From an uncultured Arcobacter sp. (GTDB lineage: Bacteria; Campylobacterota; Campylobacteria; Campylobacterales; Arcobacteraceae): a stretch of DNA of 64,000 nt. Of the stretch, positions 1 to 9,483 are shown in pieces. How positions within the stretch are numbered: the first letter of the stretch is position 1; every line of letters begins with the position of its first letter. The notes under the pieces were generated by a model. It had not been told where the DNA came from. It ran no database searches and saw only the letters and a program-made list of their open reading frames with translations. The stretch spans positions 1,792,001 through 1,856,000 of the forward strand of contig OZ223300.1 in NCBI GenBank assembly GCA_965140705.1, in the 5' to 3' direction. A program made the position numbers and the translations under genes.

Positions 1-280
1 TTTTCTTTAATTTTTCTCTTATTTCTTCGCTATTTTCAAAATGACTAGAAATGTCAGTAAACGTATGTTTTAACATCTCCGCTTCTAATTCACACACACT
101 CCCATCAGCTTTTGCAACTTTTGCCATAAGGGCAATTAGAAGACCTGCTTCATGATGAAGTAAATCTCCTTGAAAATTCTCTTTAATATTAAATTTGATA
201 TTTTCAAACTTTTCTGTTTTATAACCTCTTGCTATAAAATATAAAATAATTCCTACAAAAAGTAAAACTAATAATTTCAT
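1..280 (-). CDS. TerB/DjlA-like membrane-anchored co-chaperone, N-terminal part (runs off window start)
   Basis: ATG at 280-278 reads MKLLVLLFVGIIFYFIARGYK...HEAGLLIALMAKVAKADGSVCELE. An N-terminal TM helix plus the AKADG motif is typical of TerB/DjlA. Not in the ORF track because it is truncated. Confidence 0.75.
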   Translation of the reverse strand, partial: MKLLVLLFVGIILYFIARGYKTEKFENIKFNIKENFQGDLLHHEAGLLIALMAKVAKADGSVCELEAEMLKHTFTDISSHFENSEEIREKLKK

Positions 281-362
281 CTAACACCTTTTAAAATAAT
301 TAGATAGATTTTATCAAAAATAAGGTAAAATCTTTCCTTTAATAATTAAATGGAGACATTAT

Positions 363-833
363 ATGTTTGGAATGGGATTTATGGAAATTATGCTGATTGC
401 AATTATTGCGATTATTGCATTAGGCCCTGAGAAGTTACCTGATGCTATGGTATCAGTTGCACGATTTTTTAAGAAGTTTAAAAGTGGTCTTGAAGATGCT
501 AAGTCTACACTAGACAATGAATTAAATATATCAGATATGAAAGAAGAAGCTAATAAATTTAGAAATCAAATAGAAGATGCTAAATCATCAGTTACAAAAT
601 TTGATGATTTTGATTTAGGTGTGAAAGATATTTTAAAAGATGATAATGATGATAAAGATAATAAAAAATCTAAAAAAGTATCATTTAAAAACGAAAAAGT
701 AGAAGAAAAGATAGAAAAGATAGAAGAGATAGAAAAAGTAGAAGAAGTTAAAGAGACTACTTCTGAGATAAAAGCAAGTGATAAATTTAAAATTAAAAAA
801 GAAACAAAAGAAAAAGAAGGGGACAAAGCCTAA
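363..833 (+). CDS. tatB: Sec-independent translocase subunit TatB
   Basis: MFGMGFMEIMLIAIIAIIALGPEKLP: Glu8 and the GPxxLP hinge, a charged C-terminal tail, and a position directly upstream of tatC. Confidence 0.93.
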   Translation: MFGMGFMEIMLIAIIAIIALGPEKLPDAMVSVARFFKKFKSGLEDAKSTLDNELNISDMKEEANKFRNQIEDAKSSVTKFDDFDLGVKDILKDDNDDKDNKKSKKVSFKNEKVEEKIEKIEEIEKVEEVKETTSEIKASDKFKIKKETKEKEGDKA

Positions 834-1564
834 TGTTTGAAGACTTAAAACCCCATATTGCTGATCTTAGAAAAAGATTGATAATTTCTGTATTAACTTT
901 AGTTGTTGCATTTTTTGTATGTTTTTCATTTTATGAACCAATTTTAAATTGGATGATGGTTCCAGTTGAAGCTGTACTTCCAGCAAAATCACAAATGGTG
1001 GCTGTAGAGATTCAAGAAACATTTTTCACAGCTTTAAAAGTTGCTTTTTTTAGTGGTTTTATACTATCTTTGCCAGTTATTTTTTGGCAGTTATGGTTAT
1101 TTTTAGCACCTGGACTTTATGACCATGAGAAAAAACTTGTTTTACCATTTGTATTTTTTGCTACATTAATGTTTGTTTCTGGTGCTGCTTTTGCTTATTA
1201 TATAGTTGTTCCTTTTGGATTTCAATTTTTAATTAATTTTGGTTCTACAGTTGTAACAGTATTGCCAAGTATTGGTAAATATGTTGGCTTTTTTACAAAA
1301 CTATTATTTGGTTTTGGAGTTGCATTTGAATTGCCTGTAATTACTTTTTTCTTAGCAAAAATTGGACTTGTTGATGATAAAATGTTAAAAGACTTCTTTA
1401 GATATGCAATTGTAATAATTTTTGTTGTATCTGCACTTTTAACACCACCTGATGTATTAACACAATTTTTAATGGCTGGACCACTTATTGTCTTATATCT
1501 AGCTTCGATTTATATTGCAAAAATATTTAATCCTGCGGATAAATCTTTAGATGATGAAGAATAG
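833..1564 (+). CDS. tatC: Twin-arginine translocase subunit TatC
   Basis: HIADLRKRL, QLWLFLAPGLYDHEK, FELP and LTPPD motifs; six-TM profile. Confidence 0.97.
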   Translation: MFEDLKPHIADLRKRLIISVLTLVVAFFVCFSFYEPILNWMMVPVEAVLPAKSQMVAVEIQETFFTALKVAFFSGFILSLPVIFWQLWLFLAPGLYDHEKKLVLPFVFFATLMFVSGAAFAYYIVVPFGFQFLINFGSTVVTVLPSIGKYVGFFTKLLFGFGVAFELPVITFFLAKIGLVDDKMLKDFFRYAIVIIFVVSALLTPPDVLTQFLMAGPLIVLYLASIYIAKIFNPADKSLDDEE

Positions 1565-2585
1565 TTTAGATCCACTAAAGACATCTAGCTATGATTATTT
1601 TTTACCAAAAGAACTCATAGCTAGTAAACCTTTGTATCCAGCTGATAGCGCACGACTTTTAGTATATAATAGAAATAATGACACAATAACTCATACTACA
1701 TATAAACACTTACTTGATTTTCTACCTAAAAATTTAAATATATTTTTAAATGATACAAAAGTAATTAAAGCAAGAATTTATGGGAAAAAAGAGAGTGGTG
1801 GAAAAACAGAATTACTCTTTAACAAACCACTATTTATGAATAGATGCCAAGTTATGATAAAAGGTAAAGTTCAAATAGGAACAAAACTCTATTTTGATAA
1901 AAACTTGATTGCTGAAGTTCTTCAATTAAATGAAGATGGAACAAGAGAAGTGAAGTTTTTCCAAGATAATAAACAACTTGATTTTTTATCATTGATTGAA
2001 ATATTAAATGAGATAGGTCACTTACCTCTTCCTCACTATATGAATAGGGAAGATGAAAAAGAAGATGAAAAAGATTATCAAACCCTATTTGCTAAAAATT
2101 ATGGAGCAGTTGCAGCCCCAACAGCATCATTACACTTCACAGATGAACTTTTAGAAAGACTTAATAATAATCATAATATCAACTATCTAACACTACATGT
2201 GGGAGCTGGTACATTTAAACCAGTTGATGCAGAAGATATTTTAGAGCATCCAATGCATAGCGAATATTTTGAGATTTCAAGAGAAAGCCTAGAAGCTTTG
2301 AAAGAAAAAAACAAAACCCTTGCAGTAGGAACAACTGTTACAAGAACTATAGAATACTATGCCCGAACAAATAAGATTCAAGGTGAATGTGACTTATTTT
2401 TAAATCCTGCAAATAAACCAATAAAAGTAGACCATCTACTTACAAACTTTCATTTACCAAAATCAACTCTTATTATGTTAATAGCCTCTTTTGTAGGCTT
2501 AGAAAAGACTTTAGAAATATATGAAACTGCTGTAAAAGAGAAATATAGATTTTTCTCTTATGGTGATGGAATGCTAATAATATAA
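1551..2585 (+). CDS. queA: S-adenosylmethionine:tRNA ribosyltransferase-isomerase
   Basis: NDTKVIKAR, GAVAAPTASLHF, TLHVGAGTF, LLTNFHLPKSTL, YRFFSYGDGM. Confidence 0.97.
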   Translation: MMKNSLDPLKTSSYDYFLPKELIASKPLYPADSARLLVYNRNNDTITHTTYKHLLDFLPKNLNIFLNDTKVIKARIYGKKESGGKTELLFNKPLFMNRCQVMIKGKVQIGTKLYFDKNLIAEVLQLNEDGTREVKFFQDNKQLDFLSLIEILNEIGHLPLPHYMNREDEKEDEKDYQTLFAKNYGAVAAPTASLHFTDELLERLNNNHNINYLTLHVGAGTFKPVDAEDILEHPMHSEYFEISRESLEALKEKNKTLAVGTTVTRTIEYYARTNKIQGECDLFLNPANKPIKVDHLLTNFHLPKSTLIMLIASFVGLEKTLEIYETAVKEKYRFFSYGDGMLII

Positions 2586-2601
2586 AAGAAAAGGAAACTT
2601 T

Positions 2602-3360
2602 ATGCCAAAATACGTACTATTTGATACAGAAACAACAGGAAATCAAGAAGAAGATAGAATTATACAATTAGGAGCTATGATTGTAGATGCAAAAGCTCCT
2701 ATAGAAGTTTATGATGAATTATGTTTTTCTGATGTTGAAATAAAACTTGAAGCTATGGAAGTACATAATATAACACCTGATATGATTATAGGCAAACCAG
2801 AAGCAACTCAAACAAAATTTTATCAAAAACTACAAGAGTATAATAATCCTTCAAACTACTTAATTGCTCACAATATAAATTTTGATTTAGGAATGATAAA
2901 AAAAGAGGGTTTTGAGTCACAATATCAAATATTAGATACTTTAAAATGTGCACAACACTTATTTCCTGAACTTCCATATCATAGACTTCAATACTTAAGA
3001 TATGCCCTTGATATTTATATGGATGAAGAGGAAGAAGCAGCAAAACATAATATTACAATAAAAGCCCATGATGCAATTGGAGATGTTTTAGTTATGAAAC
3101 TATTTCTATCGCAACTTGTTGCAAAATGTAGAACAGTATATCCAGATTTCAATCCTATGGAAAAACTAGTAGAACTAACAAAAACTCCCGTTTTTATACA
3201 AACCTTTAAATTTGGAAAATATAAAGGTAAAGATACAAGTGAAGTTGCAAAAGAAGATCCTGGATATATTATGTGGATGATGAAAAATATGGACATGGAT
3301 GAAAATCTAAAATACACTTTAGAAAAATTAACATCAAATACAACAAATGATTATTACTAA
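2602..3360 (+). CDS. DEDDh 3'-5' exonuclease, exonuclease X-like
   Basis: ExoI DTETTG, ExoII AHNINFD, ExoIII AHDAIGD, plus a C-terminal FKFGKYKG...DPGYIMW module. Confidence 0.88.
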   Translation: MPKYVLFDTETTGNQEEDRIIQLGAMIVDAKAPIEVYDELCFSDVEIKLEAMEVHNITPDMIIGKPEATQTKFYQKLQEYNNPSNYLIAHNINFDLGMIKKEGFESQYQILDTLKCAQHLFPELPYHRLQYLRYALDIYMDEEEEAAKHNITIKAHDAIGDVLVMKLFLSQLVAKCRTVYPDFNPMEKLVELTKTPVFIQTFKFGKYKGKDTSEVAKEDPGYIMWMMKNMDMDENLKYTLEKLTSNTTNDYY

Positions 3361-4027
3361 AAATGATAAAGTAAAAATCCTTTATGTGGAGGATGACGAT
3401 ATAACAAGAGAAAATGCCATAGAATATTTGGAAAACTATTTTGTGAATATTTATGAAGCAAAAGATGGGTTAGATGCTTTAAAAAAATTTGAACAAATAA
3501 ATCCAGATATCATAATTACAGATATTCAAATGCCCAAAGTAGATGGCTTGGAATTTGTTAAAAATGTAAGACAAAAAAATAAAGAAGTCCAAGTTATAGT
3601 TATTACAGCATTTTCCCATAAAGAATATCTTTTAAAAGCAATTGAACTTCAATTGGTAAAATATCTTATGAAACCAATTAAAGAAAATGAATTAAAAGAT
3701 GCACTTGAACTTTGTGTAAATAATCTAAAAAATAGTAGTACAAATATAATAAAACTAAATGAGCATTCTATTTTTGACAAATATAACCATACTCTTCTTA
3801 TAAATGATAAACTAATAAAACTAAGAATAAAAGAGACTGATTTATTAACACTTCTTTTAAATAATAAAGATAGATATGTGACATATGAAGAGATAGAAAA
3901 TTATGTTTGGAAAGACTTTCCTATGACTAAAGATGCTTTAAAAACTTTAATTAAGTATCTAAAACAAAAAATCTCAAAAGATATAATTTCAAATCAAAAT
4001 GGAGTTGGATATAAAATAAATGTATGA
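3347..4027 (+). CDS. OmpR-family response regulator
   Basis: Receiver motifs VEDD, TDIQMP, TA, KP; winged-helix tail GVGYK. Overlaps the kinase gene start. Confidence 0.93.
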   Translation: MIITKNDKVKILYVEDDDITRENAIEYLENYFVNIYEAKDGLDALKKFEQINPDIIITDIQMPKVDGLEFVKNVRQKNKEVQVIVITAFSHKEYLLKAIELQLVKYLMKPIKENELKDALELCVNNLKNSSTNIIKLNEHSIFDKYNHTLLINDKLIKLRIKETDLLTLLLNNKDRYVTYEEIENYVWKDFPMTKDALKTLIKYLKQKISKDIISNQNGVGYKINV

Positions 4028-5336
4028 TTTAACTACTGTTTTATCTTATGGAATAACTTTTGGAATTCTAATGATGACAATAGTATATACTTTTATTCGA
4101 TATATTTACTCAAAAGAACTTTTTTATTTAAGCTACTGTTTTATGCAAGTTTTTTCCCTGTCATATATTATTTTATATAGTAATTTTTTTTATTCTGAAC
4201 TTTTTTTTCAGGACTTTTCACTTTTTTTTGCCACTGTTTCAGCTTTAGTATTTGCAGTAAGATTTTATGAAGGAAAATTTATTCCTAAAGTTACAAATAA
4301 AAAAGAACTAATATTAAATACCTTATTGCTTATTTTTATAATCTTGACTGCTTTTTATCACTATTTATTATTTGAATACTTACCATACACAATTATATAT
4401 GCAATACTTTTTGTATCAATAGTATTTAATTTAAACCAAGGTTTTAAAGCTACTGCAATCTATGTTATTGGCTGGTCCGTGATTTGTCTTATTTTGTATC
4501 TTTTAAACTTTAAAACATATTTTAAGATGCATACCAATTTAGATTTAGTCTTACTAGCTTTTGCAATGGAAGCGATTTTATTTACTATATCAGTTGCATA
4601 TAAATATAATCTTTTAAAAAAAGAGAATATAGAAATAGAATCCATGCTTTTACAGCAATCAAAACTTGCTCAAAGCGGGGAAATGATTGCTAATATAACA
4701 CATCAGTTTAGACAACCGCTCAATAATCTTTCATATATTTTAATAAATTTAAAAAATAAATATGAAAGTAATAATTTAGAAAAAAGCTATTTTGAGAGAA
4801 GAACTTCTCAAGCGAACGAACAAATAGAATACTTATCTAGTACAATTGAAAATTTTAAAAACTTTTACACTGAATCAAAAGAAAAAGAAGACTTTGAAAT
4901 TAAAGAAGTTGTTCAAAACTCCCTCGCAATTTTAAGTGGAGATATAAAAAAAATAGAAGTAAGTGTTGATTTAGCTTTTAATACAAATGAACATATAAAA
5001 ATATTTGGAATAAAAAATGAATTAGCACAAGTTCTAATTGCAATAATTTCTAATGCCCTTGATGCAATAAAAAGTATTGAAAATAGAAAAATAGTAATTG
5101 AAATAAACTCAAATACTGCAGATGTGATTTTATCAATTAAGGATAATGGAGAAGGAATAAAATCTAAATTATTAGATAAAATTTTTGAACCATATTTTAC
5201 AACAAAAAGCACTGGTACAGGACTTGGATTATATTTATCAAAAATGATTATAGAAAAGAGTTTTAAAGGGAAACTTGATGTAAAAAGTAACCCAAAAGGT
5301 ACTACTTTTTACATAAGTATTGAGAAATCAGTTTAA
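4020..5336 (+). CDS. Membrane sensor histidine kinase with 7TM-DISM-like N-terminus
   Basis: About seven hydrophobic segments, H-box ITHQFRQPL, N-box ISNALDA, DNGEG, FEPYFTTK, GTGLGL. Confidence 0.92.
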   Translation: MYDLTTVLSYGITFGILMMTIVYTFIRYIYSKELFYLSYCFMQVFSLSYIILYSNFFYSELFFQDFSLFFATVSALVFAVRFYEGKFIPKVTNKKELILNTLLLIFIILTAFYHYLLFEYLPYTIIYAILFVSIVFNLNQGFKATAIYVIGWSVICLILYLLNFKTYFKMHTNLDLVLLAFAMEAILFTISVAYKYNLLKKENIEIESMLLQQSKLAQSGEMIANITHQFRQPLNNLSYILINLKNKYESNNLEKSYFERRTSQANEQIEYLSSTIENFKNFYTESKEKEDFEIKEVVQNSLAILSGDIKKIEVSVDLAFNTNEHIKIFGIKNELAQVLIAIISNALDAIKSIENRKIVIEINSNTADVILSIKDNGEGIKSKLLDKIFEPYFTTKSTGTGLGLYLSKMIIEKSFKGKLDVKSNPKGTTFYISIEKSV

Positions 5337-5337
5337 A

Positions 5338-6642
5338 CTATTTTGGAGAGAAAAATAGTATTTTTTTCTCCATTTTGACTTCTTTATTCTCTTTTGCATA
5401 AAATAATAAGTTTATTTTTGAAGTGTTAATTTTATTTTTACTAACTAAAATCAATACAGTTTTTCTTGTTTGTTGTGGATTTAAAGTTATTGGAGTATAT
5501 CTTTTAATAGTAATATTTTTATCCAAAACTTCAATATCAAAAGTATATCTTTTATCAGCACTATTATGAATAGTCAGCAAATAATTATTTACAACTTTTC
5601 CATTTTCATCCACTTTATATAACTCTGTATTTTTATTTATATTTACTAAAAAAGGCTCTTTTTCAGACATGAAATAAGCAGTAAATAGTATACAAATTAC
5701 TAAAGCTGCAATATAAACAAAATTTCTAGGATTTAAGAATTTTTCAAATTTTTCTAATAAAACACTATTAGTACTCCCCCAATAAATCAAAGACTTTTTA
5801 CCAAGTTTTCCCATTACCGTACTACAAGCATCTGAACATTCCAAACAATTTATACACTCAACTTGTAGCCCTTTTCTAATATCGATATGTGTAGGACAAA
5901 CTTTTACACAAGCTTCACAAGTAGTACACTCTTCACTTCCTGACCATTGTTTTACATTAAAAATACTCTTTTCATTGTTTGGATAGATTTGTCCACCTCT
6001 ATTGTGGTTATAAACAACTTGTTTTGTATTATTGTCATATAAAACAGACTGAATTCTAGAGTATGGACATACATAAGTACAGAAATGTTCTTTCATAAAA
6101 ACAATATCATATACTAAAAACACAACAATACTAATTATAAACATCACTAAGAAGAAATGATCTTGAGGTGTTTTCATATATTCAATAAAATCTTCAGGAG
6201 GTACAAAATAAAGCATAAAATTGATTGCTATAACAAAAGATAAAGCTATCCATAAAAGCAATCCAATATATTTTTTTATTTTAGTAGAAGTTTTATTATA
6301 ATTGATATCTTTTTGCTTATTTTTAATTCTTCGCAGTTTTAATAAAAAAGTCTCTATCAAGTCTCTATATATAACTCTAAAAATAGTCTGAGGGCATCCC
6401 CAACCACACCAAAGTCTACCAAACATAGATGTTATTGCAAATATTCCAATGAATAATAACATCAACAAAAATGGCATTATAAAAAACTCATTCATATTAT
6501 ATACGTTTCCAAGAAAATGAAAATCATATGTAACAAATGACAACAACAACATATGATTTCCATCTATTGTTATAAAAGGTGTCCCCATTATAAAAATAGT
6601 CAAGATAGTATATGTAATATACCTTTTTTTTGAATAACTCAT
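5338..6642 (-). CDS. ccoG: Cytochrome c oxidase accessory 4Fe-4S protein CcoG/FixG
   Basis: GRLWCGWGCPQT, FCTYVCPY, CTTCEACVKVCP and CINCLECSDAC motifs; FixG C-terminal Ig-like region. Confidence 0.93.
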   Translation of the reverse strand: MSYSKKRYITYTILTIFIMGTPFITIDGNHMLLLSFVTYDFHFLGNVYNMNEFFIMPFLLMLLFIGIFAITSMFGRLWCGWGCPQTIFRVIYRDLIETFLLKLRRIKNKQKDINYNKTSTKIKKYIGLLLWIALSFVIAINFMLYFVPPEDFIEYMKTPQDHFFLVMFIISIVVFLVYDIVFMKEHFCTYVCPYSRIQSVLYDNNTKQVVYNHNRGGQIYPNNEKSIFNVKQWSGSEECTTCEACVKVCPTHIDIRKGLQVECINCLECSDACSTVMGKLGKKSLIYWGSTNSVLLEKFEKFLNPRNFVYIAALVICILFTAYFMSEKEPFLVNINKNTELYKVDENGKVVNNYLLTIHNSADKRYTFDIEVLDKNITIKRYTPITLNPQQTRKTVLILVSKNKINTSKINLLFYAKENKEVKMEKKILFFSPK

Positions 6643-6665
6643 ATCTTCTCCTTTTTATAAATGCA

Positions 6666-6697
6666 ATTATAAAAATTAAAAGTGGTAGATTTGTGGT
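6666..6697 (-). promoter_or_regulatory. ccoG promoter: direct repeat ACCAC-N6-ACCAC 10 nt upstream of TATAAT (putative OmpR-family binding site)
   Basis: Plus strand has GTGGT at 6682-6686 and 6693-6697 (11-bp period); ATTATA at 6666-6671 is TATAAT on the minus strand. Confidence 0.55.
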
Positions 6698-6842
6698 ATA
6701 TAAATATAATATTTGAAAATATTAATAATTTTTAACTAATTATATTAATTTATAAAAAATAAAGCTTAAGAAACTAATTTCTAAGAAATTTATAGATAGA
6801 ATTAGCCCTTTAAAAAATATAACAATTATAGAAGGAATATAT

Positions 6843-8177
6843 TTGAATAAATTTACAAGAATTGGGTTTATTTTGGCAGCAGCTGGTTCAGCTGTTGGAT
6901 TAGGTAATATATGGAAATTTCCATATATTACAGGAGAATATGGTGGTGGAGCATTTGTTATTGTTTACCTATTAGCAATACTTTTTATAGGATTGACAAT
7001 ATTTATAGCTGAAACTGTTATTGGTCAATATGGAGAAGCTAATGTTTCTACATCATTTGTAAAAATGTCTAAATCTAAAAATGAGAATTGGAAATTTGCT
7101 GCATTTATGATATTTGCAGGACTTATTATTCTTTCATTTTATTCTGTTGTATTAGGTTGGATTTTAAACTATATTGTTACATCATTTCAAACACTTCCTT
7201 CTAATTCTGAGATTGCAGGGAAAACTTTTAATACTCTTGTTTCAAAAGAGATTTCATCTGAAATCTTTTATCATACACTTATAGCATTATCAGTTGTTTT
7301 TATTGTCTTAAAAGGTGTAAAAGATGGAATAGAGAAATTAAATCTTATTTTAATGCCCTTATTAGGCTTAATTCTACTTGGACTTTTAATTTATGCTTTA
7401 ACTTTAGATAGTTTTTCACAAGCTATTAGTTTTATGTTTATTGCTGACTGGAGTAAAATAAATGGTGATGCGCTACTAGCTGCACTAGGACAAGCATTTT
7501 TTACTTTATCTGTTGGAATTGGTACTATTATTACATATTCAGCCTCTTTAGATAAAAAAGCAAACTTTTTTAAATCATCTGTTCTTGTAGCCTTAGTAGA
7601 TACTATCATTGCTATCATTGCAGGTTTGATTATCTTTACTTTCCTTTTTGATGCTGGAGCAAAAAGTGCAGCAGGACCAGGACTTGTATTTATTTCACTT
7701 CCAGTTATTTTCTCTCAATGGGGAATTTTAGGACATGTTATTGCTATCTCATTTTTTTCAGCATTAGTTTTTGCAGGAATTACATCGGCTGTATCTATGA
7801 TAGAGCCTGCCTTGATGTTTTTAATTGAGAGATATAAAATGACAAGACTAAAAGCAACTATAATTTGTGGTTCATTTTTCTATATATTTGGTATTATTGC
7901 CATACTCTCTATGTCTTCATTATATGGTAAGTCATTAACATTTTTTGGAAAAAATGCCTTTGATTGGATGGATTTCTTAACCTCTTCTATTTCGATGCCA
8001 CTTGCAGGAATATTAATTTGTATTTTCTTAGGATTTTATGTTGATAAACAATTACTAAAAGATAAATTTACAAAATTTGTATCTGTGGAAATATTTAATA
8101 TCTGGTATGCTTTGATTAAATACATTGTTCCAATTGCTATTGCAATTTTATTACTTAATAAATTAGGTCTTATCTAA
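6843..8177 (+). CDS. Sodium-dependent transporter, NSS/SNF family
   Basis: AAGSAVGLGNIWKFPY, GQAFFTLSVG, GPGLVF. TTG start with an AAGGA RBS. Confidence 0.95.
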   Translation: MNKFTRIGFILAAAGSAVGLGNIWKFPYITGEYGGGAFVIVYLLAILFIGLTIFIAETVIGQYGEANVSTSFVKMSKSKNENWKFAAFMIFAGLIILSFYSVVLGWILNYIVTSFQTLPSNSEIAGKTFNTLVSKEISSEIFYHTLIALSVVFIVLKGVKDGIEKLNLILMPLLGLILLGLLIYALTLDSFSQAISFMFIADWSKINGDALLAALGQAFFTLSVGIGTIITYSASLDKKANFFKSSVLVALVDTIIAIIAGLIIFTFLFDAGAKSAAGPGLVFISLPVIFSQWGILGHVIAISFFSALVFAGITSAVSMIEPALMFLIERYKMTRLKATIICGSFFYIFGIIAILSMSSLYGKSLTFFGKNAFDWMDFLTSSISMPLAGILICIFLGFYVDKQLLKDKFTKFVSVEIFNIWYALIKYIVPIAIAILLLNKLGLI

Positions 8178-8180
8178 ATT

Positions 8181-8206
8181 TTTATAGGAGATTTTTCTCC
8201 TATAAA
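8181..8206. terminator. Bidirectional hairpin terminator between convergent genes
   Basis: TTTATAGGAGA-TTTT-TCTCCTATAAA, an 11-bp inverted repeat at the junction of the NSS gene and comEC. Confidence 0.6.
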
Positions 8207-9435
8207 TATAAGTATAAATTAAACCCAACAAGCAAAATATTCAAAGCTACAAATGTCTCTTTTCTAATTATTGCAAGCAAAGAAACTAAAATATAAGTTA
8301 TAAAAAACCAAAGTGGAGTAAGCACTTCAAAACTATGAAACTTCATATTTATTGCAACAGTTAAAAATGAGTCTAATAAATCTCCATATCCAATTAAATG
8401 CAAAAATAATTCTAAAGGATAAAAAATAGTAAAAAGTATAGTAATAAGAGGAGAAAATAGTTGAACCCAAGATGTTACACCAAAGAAGTAATGAACTATT
8501 GGATTAAAACTTGCGAAAATCCAAATATTAAAAAATAAAAACAAAAATACTTTATTAAGATTTTGAAAATATTTTATAAATAAAAATATATAAAATACTC
8601 CAATAACAGAAAACCACAAAGAGATTGAAAATAAATATTTTGGGAAAAGGACAATTATAAATAGTAGTGTAAGTAAAAGTGTTTCAAAGGAGATTAATTT
8701 TATATTTGCCCTTAATAAAAATATTCCAAAAAGCATCATAATAAAAGCCCTTAAAAGAGAGGGCATTAAGTTTGTAAAAACTAAATATAAAAATAAAAAA
8801 AACATTACCATACATAAAATATCAAACCTCCTATTTCTATAAGGAAAATATCTATTATGAAAGAAGTTATATGGATAATAAAATATAAAATAAAGAATAA
8901 GAGACAACACACCTAAATGAAATCCAGAAATCGCGATTAAATGTGAAATGGAATATACTGCAAAAATATCTCTTAACTTGCTATTTGTAGGAAGCCCTAA
9001 AAATATAGCTTCATATATCTCGCTTATATTCTTATTTGTATGTTGAGATACTATTTTTACTTTTAAATCTTCTTTTATACTATTTTTTTGCTTTTTAAAG
9101 ATATTGAAACTTTTTACATAAAAACCTTTTAAATACTCTAAGAATGATATTTGAGAAGTAAGTATAGATATATCAATATAATCTAGTCTTTTTAAATCTA
9201 ATTCCTTAGAAACAGATGTAAAAAAAGAAAAATCACTTGCTTGTAATTTGTATATATTAAAATCTTCTTTTTCATACTTATTTATAACTTGTGCCTCAAG
9301 TTTATAAATAGAATTTGTAGTTAAATTTTTATAATTGTTGTATTGAAAGGAAAGCGTAATAAAAAAAGTAAGTAATAAAAGAAAAGAAAAAACAAATAAC
9401 TCTTTTTTGTCATTTATCAAATTTAATTTTTGCAT
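8200..9435 (-). CDS. comEC: ComEC/Rec2 competence membrane protein (short Campylobacterota type)
   Basis: SHLIAISGFHLG and PSLLRAFIM Competence-domain motifs; no C-terminal metallo-beta-lactamase domain. Confidence 0.88.
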   Translation of the reverse strand: MQKLNLINDKKELFVFSFLLLLTFFITLSFQYNNYKNLTTNSIYKLEAQVINKYEKEDFNIYKLQASDFSFFTSVSKELDLKRLDYIDISILTSQISFLEYLKGFYVKSFNIFKKQKNSIKEDLKVKIVSQHTNKNISEIYEAIFLGLPTNSKLRDIFAVYSISHLIAISGFHLGVLSLILYFIFYYPYNFFHNRYFPYRNRRFDILCMVMFFLFLYLVFTNLMPSLLRAFIMMLFGIFLLRANIKLISFETLLLTLLFIIVLFPKYLFSISLWFSVIGVFYIFLFIKYFQNLNKVFLFLFFNIWIFASFNPIVHYFFGVTSWVQLFSPLITILFTIFYPLELFLHLIGYGDLLDSFLTVAINMKFHSFEVLTPLWFFITYILVSLLAIIRKETFVALNILLVGFNLYLYL

Positions 9436-9440
9436 TAATT

Positions 9441-9477
9441 ATTCTACTAAATAATGATTTAAATTATTTAGTAGAAT
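9441..9477. terminator. 15-bp inverted repeat downstream of ovoA
   Basis: ATTCTACTAAATAAT-GATTTAA-ATTATTTAGTAGAAT. Confidence 0.5.
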
Positions 9478-9483
9478 ATGGTT

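Noticed and set aside
690..752. 9-nt quasi-repeats in the tatB tail (EKI/EEI/EKV)
   Set aside because: Ordinary low-complexity charged tail of TatB.
4184..4229. Three T8 tracts in the kinase gene as phase-variation sites
   Set aside because: They encode Phe-rich TM segments in an AT-rich genome, the frame is intact, and Campylobacterota contingency loci are typically poly-G/C.
8200..9435. comEC as a truncated pseudogene
   Set aside because: The ORF is intact, and short ComEC without the beta-lactamase-like domain is normal in Campylobacterota.
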